64,000 nucleotides of DNA, taken from Asterias rubens (lineage: Eukaryota). This document shows positions 1-14,353 of this stretch, piece after piece. Positions within the stretch are counted from its first letter, which is position 1; the number at the start of each line of letters is the position of its first letter. The position numbers and the translations under genes are program-made. The notes under the pieces were generated by a model, which searched no databases, was not told where the DNA came from, and worked only from the letters and a program-made list of their open reading frames with translations. Where the stretch lies: NCBI RefSeq assembly GCF_902459465.1, contig NC_047069.1, positions 10,912,001 to 10,976,000 of the forward strand. The letters run 5' to 3'.

Positions 1-480
1 GCAGCTGCTCGCATTGTCACTCTTACCAGGAAACACACTCACATTACACCGGTTCTGAAGTCACTACACTGGCTACCAGTCGAATCTCATATTACTTTCA
101 AACTTCTGTTGCTTATCTTTCATTGCATCAATGGTTCTGCTCCTATGTATAACATTTCTTTGGTAAAAGCTTATACTCCTGTGGGATCTCTTCGATCTTC
201 CAATACATGCATGCTTCAAGTTACTAAGAGTAGCAAGTCATGGGGCGACAGGTCATTTTCCCATGCTGGACCCACACTCTGGAATGACTTGCCTCTACAA
301 ATCCGCAATATTTCTAACATCAATACTTTCAAGGTTAAGTTGAAAACCACTTTGTTTAATCTCGCCTATGTGTAACTGGTCTGTTTGTCTTACTTGCTGA
401 GTGTGGTTCCCCCTCCTGTGCGCCTTGAGCACCTCATTTTGGTGAATTTTGGCACCCTATAAATATTCTTTATTATTTAT
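1..480 (+). mobile_element. L2/CR1-group LINE 3' fragment
   Basis: ORF2 C-terminal motifs (ILKSLHWLPV; SWGDRSFSHAGPTLWNDLP), followed by a gcgccttgagcac-type 3' UTR and a (tta)n tail. Confidence 0.8.
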
Positions 481-617
481 TATTGTTGAAATTAAATGAA
501 ATTAAGGTTTCAAGTTCTGTTTAGTTGTTACTATAAGTTATGTAGCTATGTGAAATTTATATTGCAGGACGATAGAGCGGTTGACAAATTTATTTCACTT
601 GTTTTGTTCTCATTCAG

Positions 618-3600
618 CTGAAGAATGCTCTTCTTGATTTCACAAGAGCAATTCACCTCCGCCCAGATCGCCAACAATATTACATGTACAGGGTAAGTTG
701 AGATTTACAAAATGACTTAATGATAATAATAGTGGCTTCTTATATAGTCTTGGTTCAAGACTCTCCTGGATTTGTCACAAGAGGGTGCGCTATCACCCCC
801 AATGCGCTATCAACCACGAACCGCTATCACCACAGGAGAGTCTTGGCACATTCGTTAAATCTCCCCCCTAAATTGGGGGAAACCTACGCACGCGCATTAT
901 GTTTCCCCCCGATTTAACGAATGTGCCAAGACTCTCCTGTGATAGCAGTTCTCGGGTGATAGCTGTTCGTGGTTGATAGCGCGTTGGGGTGATAGCGCGC
1001 CCTCTTGTGACAAATCCAGGAGAGTCTTGAACCATGACTACTTCTTATTAACGTCCGTCGATGTCGTTTTTTTTCCCATCATCGATATATCGAAAATTCA
1101 ATATCGAGTATACTCGATATATCGAGTATTTCCCGCGCGCAAGATGAAGCCTAAAAACAGCACTTGGTATACTCATGGAGGTAGAAATATATATACCATT
1201 CTATGTGGAGAGTGAAGTGTGTTAGGAGAGTGGCGCTTCTTTATAGAAGCAATATTGTTAGATACATAATAAATATCCGCTGGTATGTTACACTACCTTT
1301 ACGGTTGAAAATGGTTGAGATAATCATCGGAAAAAAATCACTAGAAATCCCACAAAACAGAGACCATGCACAGACCTACCACTCCGCGATCACAATATAC
1401 AACGCACGCAGCATGCAGTCAAATAGTCTCCAATAAAGGCTCGTAGTCTTTTTACTTTGCATTCTATAATACAGGCAAGAAACATTGAATGCTAGAACGC
1501 CCTCTATTGTCGAAATAACGCAGTGCATCACGCGATACCGCCTTGACCAAAGACTGCACATGTCTGTGCATGCTTGGGCAAACGGGTTTTCCCCCCGAAT
1601 TGCAATAACCACACACGCTGGTGTGCACGCTTAAACTGTACAACAGCATAGTCTTCGCTGGTATGCGCGCAATAGCCGCCGACAGCGTTGTCTGCGAAGC
1701 ATATAGTTCCTCGGAAATGTTAGCTTGTTTACGAAAAACAACACAACGTGTAGGCTTTATTTGACCAAAATGACGCCATTACGATACCTTGGATTGATAG
1801 AAAGATTATTTTACTGTATAACGTAAGATTGTTTTCTTCCTTGTTTTGTTTTGTCTCGTTGATTCGGGGAAGTCTTTGCGGGGTATTTTTGCAAAGCCAA
1901 TAATGCTGTGATGACGACGCATTGATTTTGATCACATGCGCAATGGGAAGTTGCATCTTAAACGGTCGATAGGCTGGGGCAGCAGCGGCGGTTTCTTTTG
2001 AGGTTTTACCGTGCGCTCGCCGCGGGGTCGTGAATTTCTGCGGCGGGCCGGCGGCTGATGCGAAAACACAAAGAACAAGCAGACATACTTGGTTGTAAAA
2101 CGTATTTTATTTAATAGGGCAACTCAAAATGATGAAACTACATAACGACGACGGCTTTTCTAATACTCAACCACAGATTTCTTTTAAATAATCGGACACT
2201 CTTTTGGTATTTTCGATATCACTAAGGAACATCGAAATTTTCAAAACATCGAAATTTTCGATATATTGAAAATCCGATATTACGATATGATTATAGCGCT
2301 CATATCAGACACTCAGTGACACTCAAGGTGCCACAACATTCAGTATTTTCCTGCAAGGTATACAAGTGGGACTGCGTTTGAATTATGAGACCTACTCCTT
2401 TTACATAGCACAATTAAATGGTATACAAGGTGCATGTCTGGCCCATACGCAGCTAATCAAACCAGGAACACCGTGGCGAACTCCTTCTCTTTTTCTATGA
2501 CTGGGTTCTTTGAAACGGCTTTACGAAGGACGAAGCATCATAGTTAAATGTCTTGCTCAAGGACACAGGTGTCATGACTGGGACCCGAATCCACACTCTG
2601 CTGATTAGAAACTCTAGGTCAAAATTTCATAGAGCTGTATAAGCACAGAAAGCAGCCAAGCACAACAAAAGTATGCTTACCAGAATAAGGTTACTAGCCA
2701 AAATAGCATGTCACAAGTACTGTATGTGACTGGTATCCTGCTCAATCTTGCTTAGCAGAAAATTGCTTTGCAGAAAATTGCTAAGCAATTTTTTTCTGCT
2801 TAATCAGCTAATGAAATTGGGCCCAGAGCTTGAGGCCAGTGCTCCTAACCGCTAGACCATGACTTGATTTATTGGTTATCTATGTTTGATGTGAATGTAA
2901 TATGGAGTTGTGTGTAAAGGCCCGGTCACACCGGCCTCGATAATGAGAACGAAAACAAAAACGTTAACAATGCATGCCCCTGATTGGTAGGATAAGCGTG
3001 CGTGTAATCTGCGCGGAGCAATTCAACCAATAGAATATTTCGTGTGACTGGCCCTTAACCCTTTGATACTTTTCTTTCAGGGGGAGATCTTGTTAGAGAT
3101 GAAGAATCTTGAGCTTGCCAGCTTCTGTGTCAGGTCAGTGTCTTGTCAATATTTTATCTTTTTAGCATTATTACAAAATCTGTCTGGTTATGATTCAAAA
3201 GGAATCCTCAAGGGTGACTCTCAAGGTGCTTCAACAAACAGTTTTTTCCTGTAAGGTATGTTGGACTACGCTTAAATTATGTGACCTACTCCTTTTGCAT
3301 AGCACCATGTAATGGTTTACAAGGTGCTGTGGCGCAATATGCAGCCAACTTTAAAGGCACTATTGGTAATTACTCAAAATAATTGTTAGCATAAAAACTT
3401 ACTTGGTAACAAGCATTGGTGAGCTGTTGATAGTATAAAACATTGTGAGAACGGCTCCCTCTACTCTGAAGTAACATAGTTTTCGAGCAAGAAGTAATTT
3501 TCTACAAACTTGATTTTGAGATCTCAGAACTAGATTTTGGGGTTCCGAAATCAAGCATCTGAAAGCACACAACCTCGTGTGACAAGGGTGTTCTTTATTT

Positions 3601-6600
3601 CAATATTATCTTGCAACTTCGACGACCAATTGAGCTCAAGTTTTCACAGGTTTGTTATTTTATGCATATGTTGAGATACACCAAGTGAAAAGACTGGTCT
3701 TTGACAATTACCAAAGGTGTCAAGTGCCTTTAAATAAAAGCTTTTTGTGAATCCTTAGACATGCTGCTGAGCTGAGTCATGGTCTAGGCTCATCTGCTAC
3801 TCAACAAGCAGCTGTACAGTCATTCCTTCATAACTACACTAAGGCCATCAATGTACTGTCTACAGCAGCTAGATCTCAACCCTCTGCTCCTCTGTTTATC
3901 CTGCTGGGCAAGACACAGATTAAGGCTAAGAAATATAAGGAAGCTGTGGACAGTCTGGAGAAGGCACTCAACTTCATGGTTAGTAGTATTGACCCCCTTG
4001 CACGCGCGTCACACGCGGCGACTGATGCCACAATCATGTTGGTGGGCAGTTAGGTTTACGTGTATTAACGCCGCGTCGCCTAAAATGCACACTTCACTGC
4101 ATACGCACAGCATACTCTATGCATAGAGTTATATATGAAAACGCACAGTGAAATTGCCCACCAGTATGGCGCATTCAAGATTTTTCTGATGATGACGTCA
4201 GGTGAAATGGGTCAATAGGAAAGAATATTAAGTATTATATAACACCCAAGCAGATCCTTGCCATTTGATTGGAGGATTGTCCGTCACGTGATAGCAAATA
4301 AAAGTACCATTGCACGCTGAGTCACTCACCGTGCTTTTTCGTTCCATCCGAAAAGTACCATTGCACGCTGGAATGTTCCATTCAACTCGGCTCCGCCTCG
4401 TTGAATAGAACATTCCATCTTTCAACTCATGAACATATTCGCACCATTGCACTCATAAACATTCATTATGTGTATATTACTTACCAATCCATTAATCTAT
4501 CATTGTACTGACTGTGCTGTCCATTACCCATGGATGAAGGATAAAGCCCGGTTCATACTTTCTGAGAGTGCAAATGCGATACGAATTTAGATGTCATAAA
4601 TTCGCAACAAACAATTCGCATCAGTGGACTTTTGCTCAACTCCTGCGAAACATTCGCTATGTGACTTCAAAATTCGTATCACATTTGCATTCGCGGGTAG
4701 CATGAATCGGGCTTTAGACATGAAAGAAACAAGTAACTTTGAGGGATGAGGTGAACAGTAATCATAGCTGCTTTGGTGCCTGTAGCTGCTTCCAGACAAT
4801 ATTTTTAACCCTACTTTCTTCATCTAGAATTTGAAACATAACATTCAGGAGGACAAAATATTGCTGGATCAGGTCATTTATAGCGTATAGGATTTAATCT
4901 GGATTGCTATGGCTTTGGATTGTATAGGGTATGTTCAATAAGACTCGGTAAGAAACTGTGTTTAACATGATTTAACATGATTTTTCAGAAACCTTGGCAG
5001 GAGCGTCATACTTGGCCCATGGAGGCTGCTGAAGTGAATTATCTGATTGGTATGTGCCACACCGAGATTCCCAATTACCTCAAGGCTTATGAAGCATTCA
5101 ATAATGCCATAAAAATCAACACTGACTATCCACAGGTAAGCTCACACTGAATTCTTTTTTAAAACTTGTTTTACCTGCGAGTTTGCAGCTATGCTTTTGT
5201 GCGGTGTGCATTGATGTATGCCATCGCCTATTATTGATAATCTTTATTCTCTTAACTATGCTTTTGTCTGCTTTTACCAGATTATGCATAATTTAAATTT
5301 TCTTAACTATGCTTTTTGTGTGTGTGTGTTTTGATTTACCCCGTTTTTGTTAATTTCTATTTTCTTAACTTTGTAAATTTGAGTAAATCTTTGTAAATCT
5401 GACCAAAATAGGTGTCAAGTGTCAACAAGACATACATTTACATTCTTCAAACTGTCTTTATATAATTTTTTCTCACTGTTTGTGCTTTTACAGTTCATAC
5501 TGATTTCATTTTATAAATATATTTTTCTTTAGTGGATCTTTGGGTAACTTTATTCAGGAATGTTATATTTTATGTGGTTTTTACTGTTGTGATTAATTGC
5601 TAAAATATATGTATACTTTTTCCTTTATCGATTTAATGATAACATTTGTGGATCTGTTTTTTGACTTTTTCATGATTTTTCTTTTTCGTGGTTAAATGTC
5701 TTAGTTTTTCTAGCTTTTATAGTAAAGCGCCTGGGAGCATTTTTGCAATGGATTTGGTGCTATGTAAATGTGTTTTATTGTTATTATTATAACACAAGTA
5801 AAAGCCTCCAGTAAAATTGGCTAGCACTTTTGCTACTGATTCCAGCTGCTAGAATAATGGTGCCAGGCAGATATTTGTGTGAGTCCTTAACCCGTCCATA
5901 ATGTATGATGTTGGTACTTTTAATGATGATTATTGCTGTGTAGGAAAAATCATAATGAAACTTTTTTTGTGGTGTGTGATTTCAATTATTGGCTGGTCTA
6001 TTTTTGTAGTTTATATTTGAAGAAATCTTGTTGTGCTCTTTGATTATTTCCTCCTCTTGTTTGGTGCTATTTTAATTTGTACAGCGCCTTAGGGTCCAGC
6101 CATGGATGTAAGGTGCTTTATAAGCATACTTTGTTATTATGATAACATTTTGTGTTTTTAAATTGAAAATAAAACTTGGATATTGCATTTTACTTTTATC
6201 TCCTGTATTCTTACTTCAATGTTTACCATGCTCATTTGAAGGCTTACTACCAGCGAGGTTTAACTCGTATGAAGCTCCGTCAGTCTAAGGGTATTCTGGA
6301 CTTCAACCGGGCACTTGCTTTAGACCCTAAGTTGTTCCAAGCCTTTCTCAGTCGAGCTGCTTACTATGGTATGAAAGGTCGCTACTCAAAAGGAATTGTT
6401 AACTGTAACGAGGCCATCAAGCTACAACCTAATAGCGTCAGGGCTTACTTATACAGGTGGGTGTACTTAGTTACTTTGATTTGTTTACCTTTTGTGTTTG
6501 TATGAATGACGGATTTGAAAAGTGGAAAGTTACAACTGCCACTGCTCACTGCTGTTGTAGTTTCTAGACTGGATATGTGCAATTCACTTCTATATGGCCT

Positions 6601-9600
6601 TCCTTGTACTCAAATTGAACGTCTTCAACGTATTCAAAACTATGCTGCTCGTGTTATTACCTTAACTAAAAAGTCCTGCCATATAACACAGATTTTAAAA
6701 GAATTACACTGGTTACCGGTAAGCAGTCGGATTAAGTATAAACTTTTGCTTTTCGTGTATAAATCGCTCACCAACAATGCCCCTGCATATATTGATGATC
6801 TTCTCAGCTCATACAATCCTCCTCGAAAACTCAGGTCTTATAATTCTAGCCTCCTTATTGAGCCCATTTCCAAACATTCATGGGGAGACCGATCTTTTTC
6901 ACATGCTGCCCCTCGTCTATGGAGCAAACTGCCTGGACTAGTAAAATCATCCGATTCTTTGACCCAATTTAAAAAACAACTGAAAACACATCTTTTCAAA
7001 CAGGCATTTGATTCAATGGTTTAATTATTGTTATTTTTGTTACCTTTTAGGATGTTTTTTCTTAAATATTGCATTTGTATTATTGTATTCTATACCACAT
7101 GTTCTAGATTTCTCTCAACTTAGGTTTACATTTAAATTTTTGTTGTTGTTATTGTATATTAATTTAATGCTATTGTTTGTATTTTAGCGCCATGAGCACT
7201 TCTGTGGATTTGTGCGCTTTATAAGTTTTCATTATTATTATTATTATTACTATTGTTAAGCCATAGAAATAGAACCTGTAGAATGCTGAGCTTGGCCGCC
7301 CTTTGTGCTGTCTCTTGACGCGGCGTATCGATAACGCGCCATACACGTGTATGGCAAAATGATCATCGCGTAATACGCTGGTTTGGCAAAATGAGCATCA
7401 CATGACACGCATGATGGCATCGCACATAGACCGTTTCTACTGTTTTCATTGGTCAATAATGGTGTACGCACGTCCATAAAAATGGTCCCACAACAAAACC
7501 GCATGCTTAATGACACACTCAGCGTTCTCCAGGTTCTATTTCTATGTATTGAGCAGAATAGCACCCTCTAGTGACCATGTTTGGTTTACATACTTTACTC
7601 TGAGTTATGTGATTCTCCAGTGAATGGTACAGATAGATCTTCACTCTTTAATCAAGTCACATAAAAGAAAACTGCTTGTCTCTGTGTCAAACCGACTAAA
7701 TTGCCTTACTACTCGTCTAGGCAACATGGTGGCAGCGGTGGGACTCGAACCCACGCCATCCAAATGACTGGTGTTACTTCTACATAGTGGATTTCTGACA
7801 CCAGGCTACCTTTTATTTGTTGAGAAGTTGTGTCAAACCAATGACTTCCTGATATTGATGACTTAATTTTATTTTTGTTTTTAGGGGTGCTTTGAAGTAT
7901 TACATCTTAGCCTATAAGCTAGCCATTAAGGATCTATGTCAAGCCATAGAGATTGATAATACATGTTCCTTGGCGTACTTCAATCGTGCTGTATGTTACC
8001 ATACTACCAAGGATTACAGTAAAGCATTGAGAGACTATGGCATTGTGCTAATGCTGGGAGAGGCCAATGCTCTAAAGGTTAGTCAACCCTTGTATTAACT
8101 CATCAATGTTGTTAACATTATTTAAAGGCCGTGGACACTATTGGTTATTACTCAAAATAATTGTTAGCATACAAACTTACTTTGTATTGAGCAATGGATG
8201 GCTGTTTATAGTATAACAAATTGTGAGAAACTGGTCCCTCTGAAGTAGTATTGTAGTTTTTGAAAAAAGAAGTAATTTCTCACTTAAATAGTGAAAGACT
8301 TCAGCCGAAGCCTTTTATTATGTATCTGAAAGCACACAAAGTACTAGTTATTTTATGCATACTGTTGGGATACACCGACTGAAAATACTGGTCTTTGACA
8401 ATAATACCACACATGTCCAGTGCCTTTAAACATATAGTTTTTTCTATTTTACATCTCTGTCAGATTTGGGGTTTTTTTCATTGCATTAATTGAATTATAT
8501 ACTGTTCAGATACTGTATTGGATGTTGTACCGGTTATTTACTTGTGTAGTTTTTAAAGTCAAAGTATACCTGTGCTTTTTGGAAAATGCAGTAATTTGTG
8601 TTTGCCTTGGTGTGATTCTAACAGGTTCTGATCAATAGAGGCTTGATGTACTTTGCTCAGAGAGATTACATGAATGCTAAGGAAGACTTTGCTCAAGCTG
8701 TAAAGGTAAGTCAGGATGCTAGGATTTCACTTTACAGTTGCATCTCAGTGTGGAAGGTTTCTTAAACGCAGTGGACACTATTGTAAATTACTCAAAATAA
8801 TTGTTAGCATAAAAATTTACGTGGAATGAGCAATGGAGAGCTCTTGAGAGTATAAATTGTTTCGAGAAACGGCTCCCTCTGAAGTAACGTAATTTTCCAC
8901 TAAAATATTTGAATTTGATTTCAAGACCTCAGAATTAGATTTGAGGTCCCAAAATCAAGCAACTGAAAGCACACAACTTATTCCATTATTATCTTGCAAC
9001 TTCGACGACCAATTGACTTCAAATTTTCCCAGGTTTGTTATTTTATGCATATGTTGAGATACACCAAGTGAGAAGACTGATCTTTGACAATTACCAAAGG
9101 TGTCTAGTGGCCTTAAAATAAACAATCTGTGTATGCTTCAGTTAATCTCTTCCATGTTTTTTTGTATGTTTCATCTCCCATTGCCGTTACATATTCGTAT
9201 ATTTGGTAAATTGCACTCACAAAATCTTTTTTAAATCCCAACTTAAAACTTTCCTTTTATATTGGTGATGTGCAGTGAGTTTTCTATCTATTAATTTTTA
9301 ATGGTTTATATTCTGTTGTGAACTTTGTAAATGCTTTATTGTACCAAAATTGCCCTTCGTTTTACTGTATTATAGTGTTGTATGCACCTCTTTTGTCAAT
9401 AAGGCTTTGATTTATATTGTGCATATTTTTACTAGTGTACTTTTCTTAAACTTTTTCTGTGTAATTTTCTTATGGTATTTTTTTCACTGTTATACGCCCT
9501 CGAGCAGGCTGGTTCTGGAGAGAGCGCAATATCAATTCAATTATTATTATTAGTATTATTATTTTGTGAAGGATGTTTGATAACTCTCAGTGTATATTCA

Positions 9601-12600
9601 TAGTTTTATAATCTTTCAGGAATTGGTCTAAGATTGCCCTTTGCTGTCTTATGTTCATCTGGGTTTGGTGACATTCCAAAGTATAATATATATAATGTAT
9701 CATTTTTTAATAACAAATAAATGTTTAATTTACAGATGGATCCAAGAGATCCCAAGATAAGACACACGCTCGGACTTTGCTGCCACAAGTAAGAATAAAT
9801 CAACTTTAATTTGTTATAAAAACTGAAGGTTTTGTGTACATTTTAAGGCATTATTTATTTAGTATCTTGTTTTAAAGTGATCAAAACTATATGTAAAGTT
9901 ATGGAAAGGTTTGCGGTAACACCATGTAATGACTATCTCTAATGAGTTGGGGTGGTTCTGAAAAGAACCGTTGGTTTAACTCAACGTTTCGATCAGTATG
10001 CTCTGATCGTCTTTTTTGTCCTTTTTTTTTTCTCCAGAAGACAACCAAAGCATACTGATCGAAACGTTGAGTTAAACCAACGGTTCTTTTCAGAACCACC
10101 CCAACTCATTAGAGATAGTCATTACATGGTGTTACCGCAAACCTTTCCATATCGTATTTCCGCCATGCAAAGTTTCAAATCCTACTTATATGTTAAGTGT
10201 TTGGAGTTTGTATTACAATTACCAAACCTTGAAAGATTCTTTCTTGTGCTTTCTCCAAACAATTCAGAGCATAATATTTTTCCCTTTGACATGCTCTTTA
10301 ACTAAAAATCTCTCAGTATATTTATAAGCACAAATTTTATACTACTTTGTTGAACTCATATTTTCAGAACCACCCCAACTCATGAGAGATAGTCATTACA
10401 TGGTGTTTCCACAAACCTTTCCATATCATATTGTTAGCAGATGTTTTCTTTCTTACATTAATGACCTGTCTTCGTTTGTTCTTGTCCATTGTTTGTTTGT
10501 CTAGGTAACTACTTTCATTGTTAGCAGCTTGTGCATTGAACCTTCTTGATTACACCTGTTCTTTCAGGAACATTTTTCCTACCTGGAGTGGTATCTTCCA
10601 CAAGACATCAAAATAATTACACAGTGCACACGCTTGCTCAGGGACCTATAACCTTACAAGCTTTACTTCTTTATGGGTCCCTCCACAATTTCAAGGCTCG
10701 TGAATGTCCGTGCTAATTCTTCATTTAATTAAACTTATCAAACAACTATATATCTCTTAACTTCCAATTTACATTGTCTTTGATTGTGATTATGATACTG
10801 TGGAAAATAAACTGATTGAACTAGCTGTAGAAGCAGGACATGTAGAGAAGTCAGGTTGGCGCAGTGGTGTCTTGCTCGCCTTTCACCTCTGGGAACCCCG
10901 GTTCGAAACCTACCGGGGGAACTATGTGGACTGGGTTTTTCAGTCCCTACTTGACTTCGTGGGTTTTCCCTGGAACAATTCTCTAGGGGTTTTCCTCCCA
11001 CTTCTAAAACTGAAATTTCTTCATAGTCTTCTCACCTTGTCCAGATGCTGAAAAGGCTTTGACAAGTTTTATCATAGATATAGATGTAGATAGATAGGAC
11101 CAATTCTAGAGGACTTGGTATTTATGTAGCACAAAAATTATACTTTTGCATTCTGGCAGTGCCTGTACTGTCGATCCAAATTCTCTTGTGCAACTTCATT
11201 TTTGTTCTATTCTCAGACTAAACCGTCTGGAAGATGCTGTGACAGTCTTCACATCTGCTTTAGAGGTGGATATTTTCTTCCTGGATGCGTACATCGGTCG
11301 AGGCAATGCCTTTATGGACTACGGACATGAGATAACCAATCAGATGGCAAGGTACAAACTTAATCTTGAATGCGCCATTTCGTGGGCAATGTCACTGTGC
11401 GTTATTCAGTGAAGCGCGCATTTTAGGCAAAACCTATAGCCCACGACCAAAATGGTGAGTGCAGCACAGTCGCAGCGTGTGACTAGCATGCAAGGGGTCA
11501 ATATTGGAATTTGAATGAGGGTTGTTTTTGCAGTCAGTAAAGCAAGTTTGTTTTAGAATTATGGTAGTTGTTGTATTTGCATTTTTATTTATTTTTAAAT
11601 GTTAGTTGGTATAGTATACTATACATTTTTGTTTTGAGGAGTTCATAATCAATTAATCACATACTTTTTCTGTCTCTTTTTATAACATGTATTACAGAAA
11701 TGTGTTGAATCCCTGAATCTTTGCATTTGTTATTGTTCTCTAATGTTGGCTTGTGTGGTATAACAGAAATGTGTTAAATCCCTGAATATCTGCTCTTTTT
11801 TAAAGTTTTTTTTTAGGCCATCGTGTTTAGTTTGAGTTCAGTGTTTTGTTTACTTCTTCTGCTATTTGTTTTAAAGTGTTTACTTAATTAATTTGTTTGA
11901 GTATACGTGCATGTGCATTTTATATTTTTAATATTTTTTTCTTGCCTCGCCCGCAGACCTTTTGGTTCACCGAATTGTAGTTGTTATTCTTTGTCTCAAT
12001 GCAAATGCATGTCTACGGCGACCATTGCCTCCAAACTCAGCTTCTAAAATGGATCCCTCTGCGGTGTCATATTCATTTTCATCTTGATATATCCTTACTG
12101 TATTGTATTCTTTAATCTGATCTCTCTTGAGTGACACCGTCTTTTATTTCATGTTTTGAAACTGTTGAAAATAAATGACCCTCGAACCTTTGTTTGATCC
12201 AGGCGTGATTATGAGAGAGCGCTTCATCTTGACCCTAAGTGTCTACCAGCTAGGGTCAATCTTGCCTATAACCTTCAAGTCTCTGGTCATTTCCAGCAGG
12301 CATGGAACCAGCTCACAGCTTGTTTAGAAGTTGATCCAAGTAAGAACATTGTTAACCCTTAGTAGGATTTGAAACTATGCTTGGTGGAAGTATAGCTGTT
12401 GTTTTTCTGTCAATATGTAAAGGCACAAAAGCCTCTGCTTCATCTATTAAACGTTATTGTCCTACTTACCAAAATTACAAAATTTACCATGCTATAATTT
12501 GGAATGTGAAATGTAATGACAGCAATGAAGTAAGTATAGGATGATGATGATAACCAAGAGAGGTTTGTGGTAACACCATGTGACAATCTCCTGAAGGTGA

Positions 12601-14322
12601 TCGGAGCCAAGACGATGAGTCGTTATCATCAGTTTTGTTCATAACCAACACTACTGTGGAAGTTGTGTGGCCAAGCGGTTAAGAGCACCGAATTCAAACT
12701 CTGGTGTTTCTGATCAGCAGAGTGTGGGTTTGAATCCCCCAGTCCTTAAGCAAGACACTTAGCCATTGCTTTGTCCTTCGGATGGGATGTAAGCCGGTGG
12801 CCCCATGTGTTTTGTAATGCATGTAAAAAAAAAAAACAGTGCACTTATCAAAAAGAGGAGGGGTTCGCCCCGGTATTCCTGGTCTGATCGGCAGCAAATT
12901 GCGCCACAGCACCTTGTAGAACATTACATGGTGCTGTAAAATTATTAGGTCTCATAATTCAAAAGTAGTCCCACATCTTGCAGGAAATACTGTATGTTAA
13001 AAAAGCTCCAGGAGAAGCCACTATAATTATTATTACTCAAAAGAGATTTTTGTACAGTGTTACCACAAACCTCTCTTAATTATTAGCTCTGCATCATCTG
13101 TAGTTGTGTGACTGCAAAATATTTTACTTCAAAATAATGTTAAGCAGTTACTGCAACAATATATAATCCAATGTTTGTGTGTAGGCTTTAAAGACCCTGG
13201 ACACTATTGGTAATTGTCAAAGACCAGTCCTCTCACTTGGTGTATCTCAACATATGCATAAAATAACAAACCTGTGAAAATTTGAGCTCAATTGGTCGTC
13301 AAAGTTTAAAGATAATAATGAAAGAAAAAACATCCTTGTCACACGGAGTTGTGTGCTTTCAGATGCTTGATTTCGAGACCTCAAAATCTAATTCAGAGGT
13401 CTCCAAATCAAATTCAAGTATTTTAGTGAGAAATTACTTCTTTCTCAAAAACTATGTTTTTTTCAGCGGGAGCCGTTTCTCACAATGTTTATACTATCAA
13501 CACGCCAGTGATCGTTTTATGCTAACAATTATTTTGAGTGATTACCAATAGTGTCCACTGCCTTTATCTTTATTGATTACGCAGATTACAGGCCAGCCTT
13601 AGAGGGTCGTGCTGTTGTCTGTCTCCAGATGAGTGATACCTTTGCTGCATTTTTGGATCTCAACGCTGCCTTGAAGCTGAAACCGACTGCCGAGTTATAC
13701 ACAAACCGTGGTGTTGTCAATCAGTTTATGCAGGACCATCATAATGCAATGAGAGATTACCAGTCGGCAATTAAACAAGATTCAACGTATGCCTTGGCGT
13801 ACTTTAATGCTGCTAATTTGTACTTCCATAATCGACAGTTTAGACAGGTATGTATTGTTTCTCTAAGTAATAGACTTTATCCGGCCTGGAATTTCAAAAA
13901 AGTCATGTAGGCCATGTCCGCTGTGCCCTGGTCTTGGCCTTGGTGCCCCTCCAAAGTTTCCCATTGACTTTATGCCCTTTTCAAAATGAAAATGGCCTTG
14001 CCCTCTCTTAATGGTGAAATTCCAGGCCTGCAGTATGCACATGACATCAATTGAGTTGGGCTCCCTTGACTAGAGGTCAAAAGAAGGTAGATCATTGGCT
14101 GATCCTGTGCGTCGCGAGTACACAACTAGGCGTTTCCCATTGTTTCATCATAGTATGACCCCTAAGATGGCGGCTTGATAAGGTCAATGCATATTGTTAC
14201 TGTTATAAATGTTGGAGCATGTAGCAGCTACTCTGCCAGGCTTCTATCTCTATCTCTATTTTCTCTGTACTTGGTTTTTATTAGGTGTTCGGCTTTTAGC
14301 CGAAAACCTATTGTTATTGTTA

Positions 14323-14353
<31 letters not shown>

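Noticed and set aside
4184-4217. CTGATGA...GAAA resembling a hammerhead (also near 18297)
   Set aside because: No valid stem II or stem I; it is the end of a TIR MITE.
9899-10305. Two ORFs on opposite strands with the same N-terminus (MVLKRTVGLTQRFDQYAL)
   Set aside because: Artefact of the DNA palindrome.
13282-13551. Recurrent short ORFs of the type MKEKTPLSHEVVCFQMLDFETS (also 33048, 34528, 35660, 41255, 42372, 47109, 59656)
   Set aside because: They recur only because they lie within MITE family A copies; frames and stops vary between copies and there is no transposase motif.
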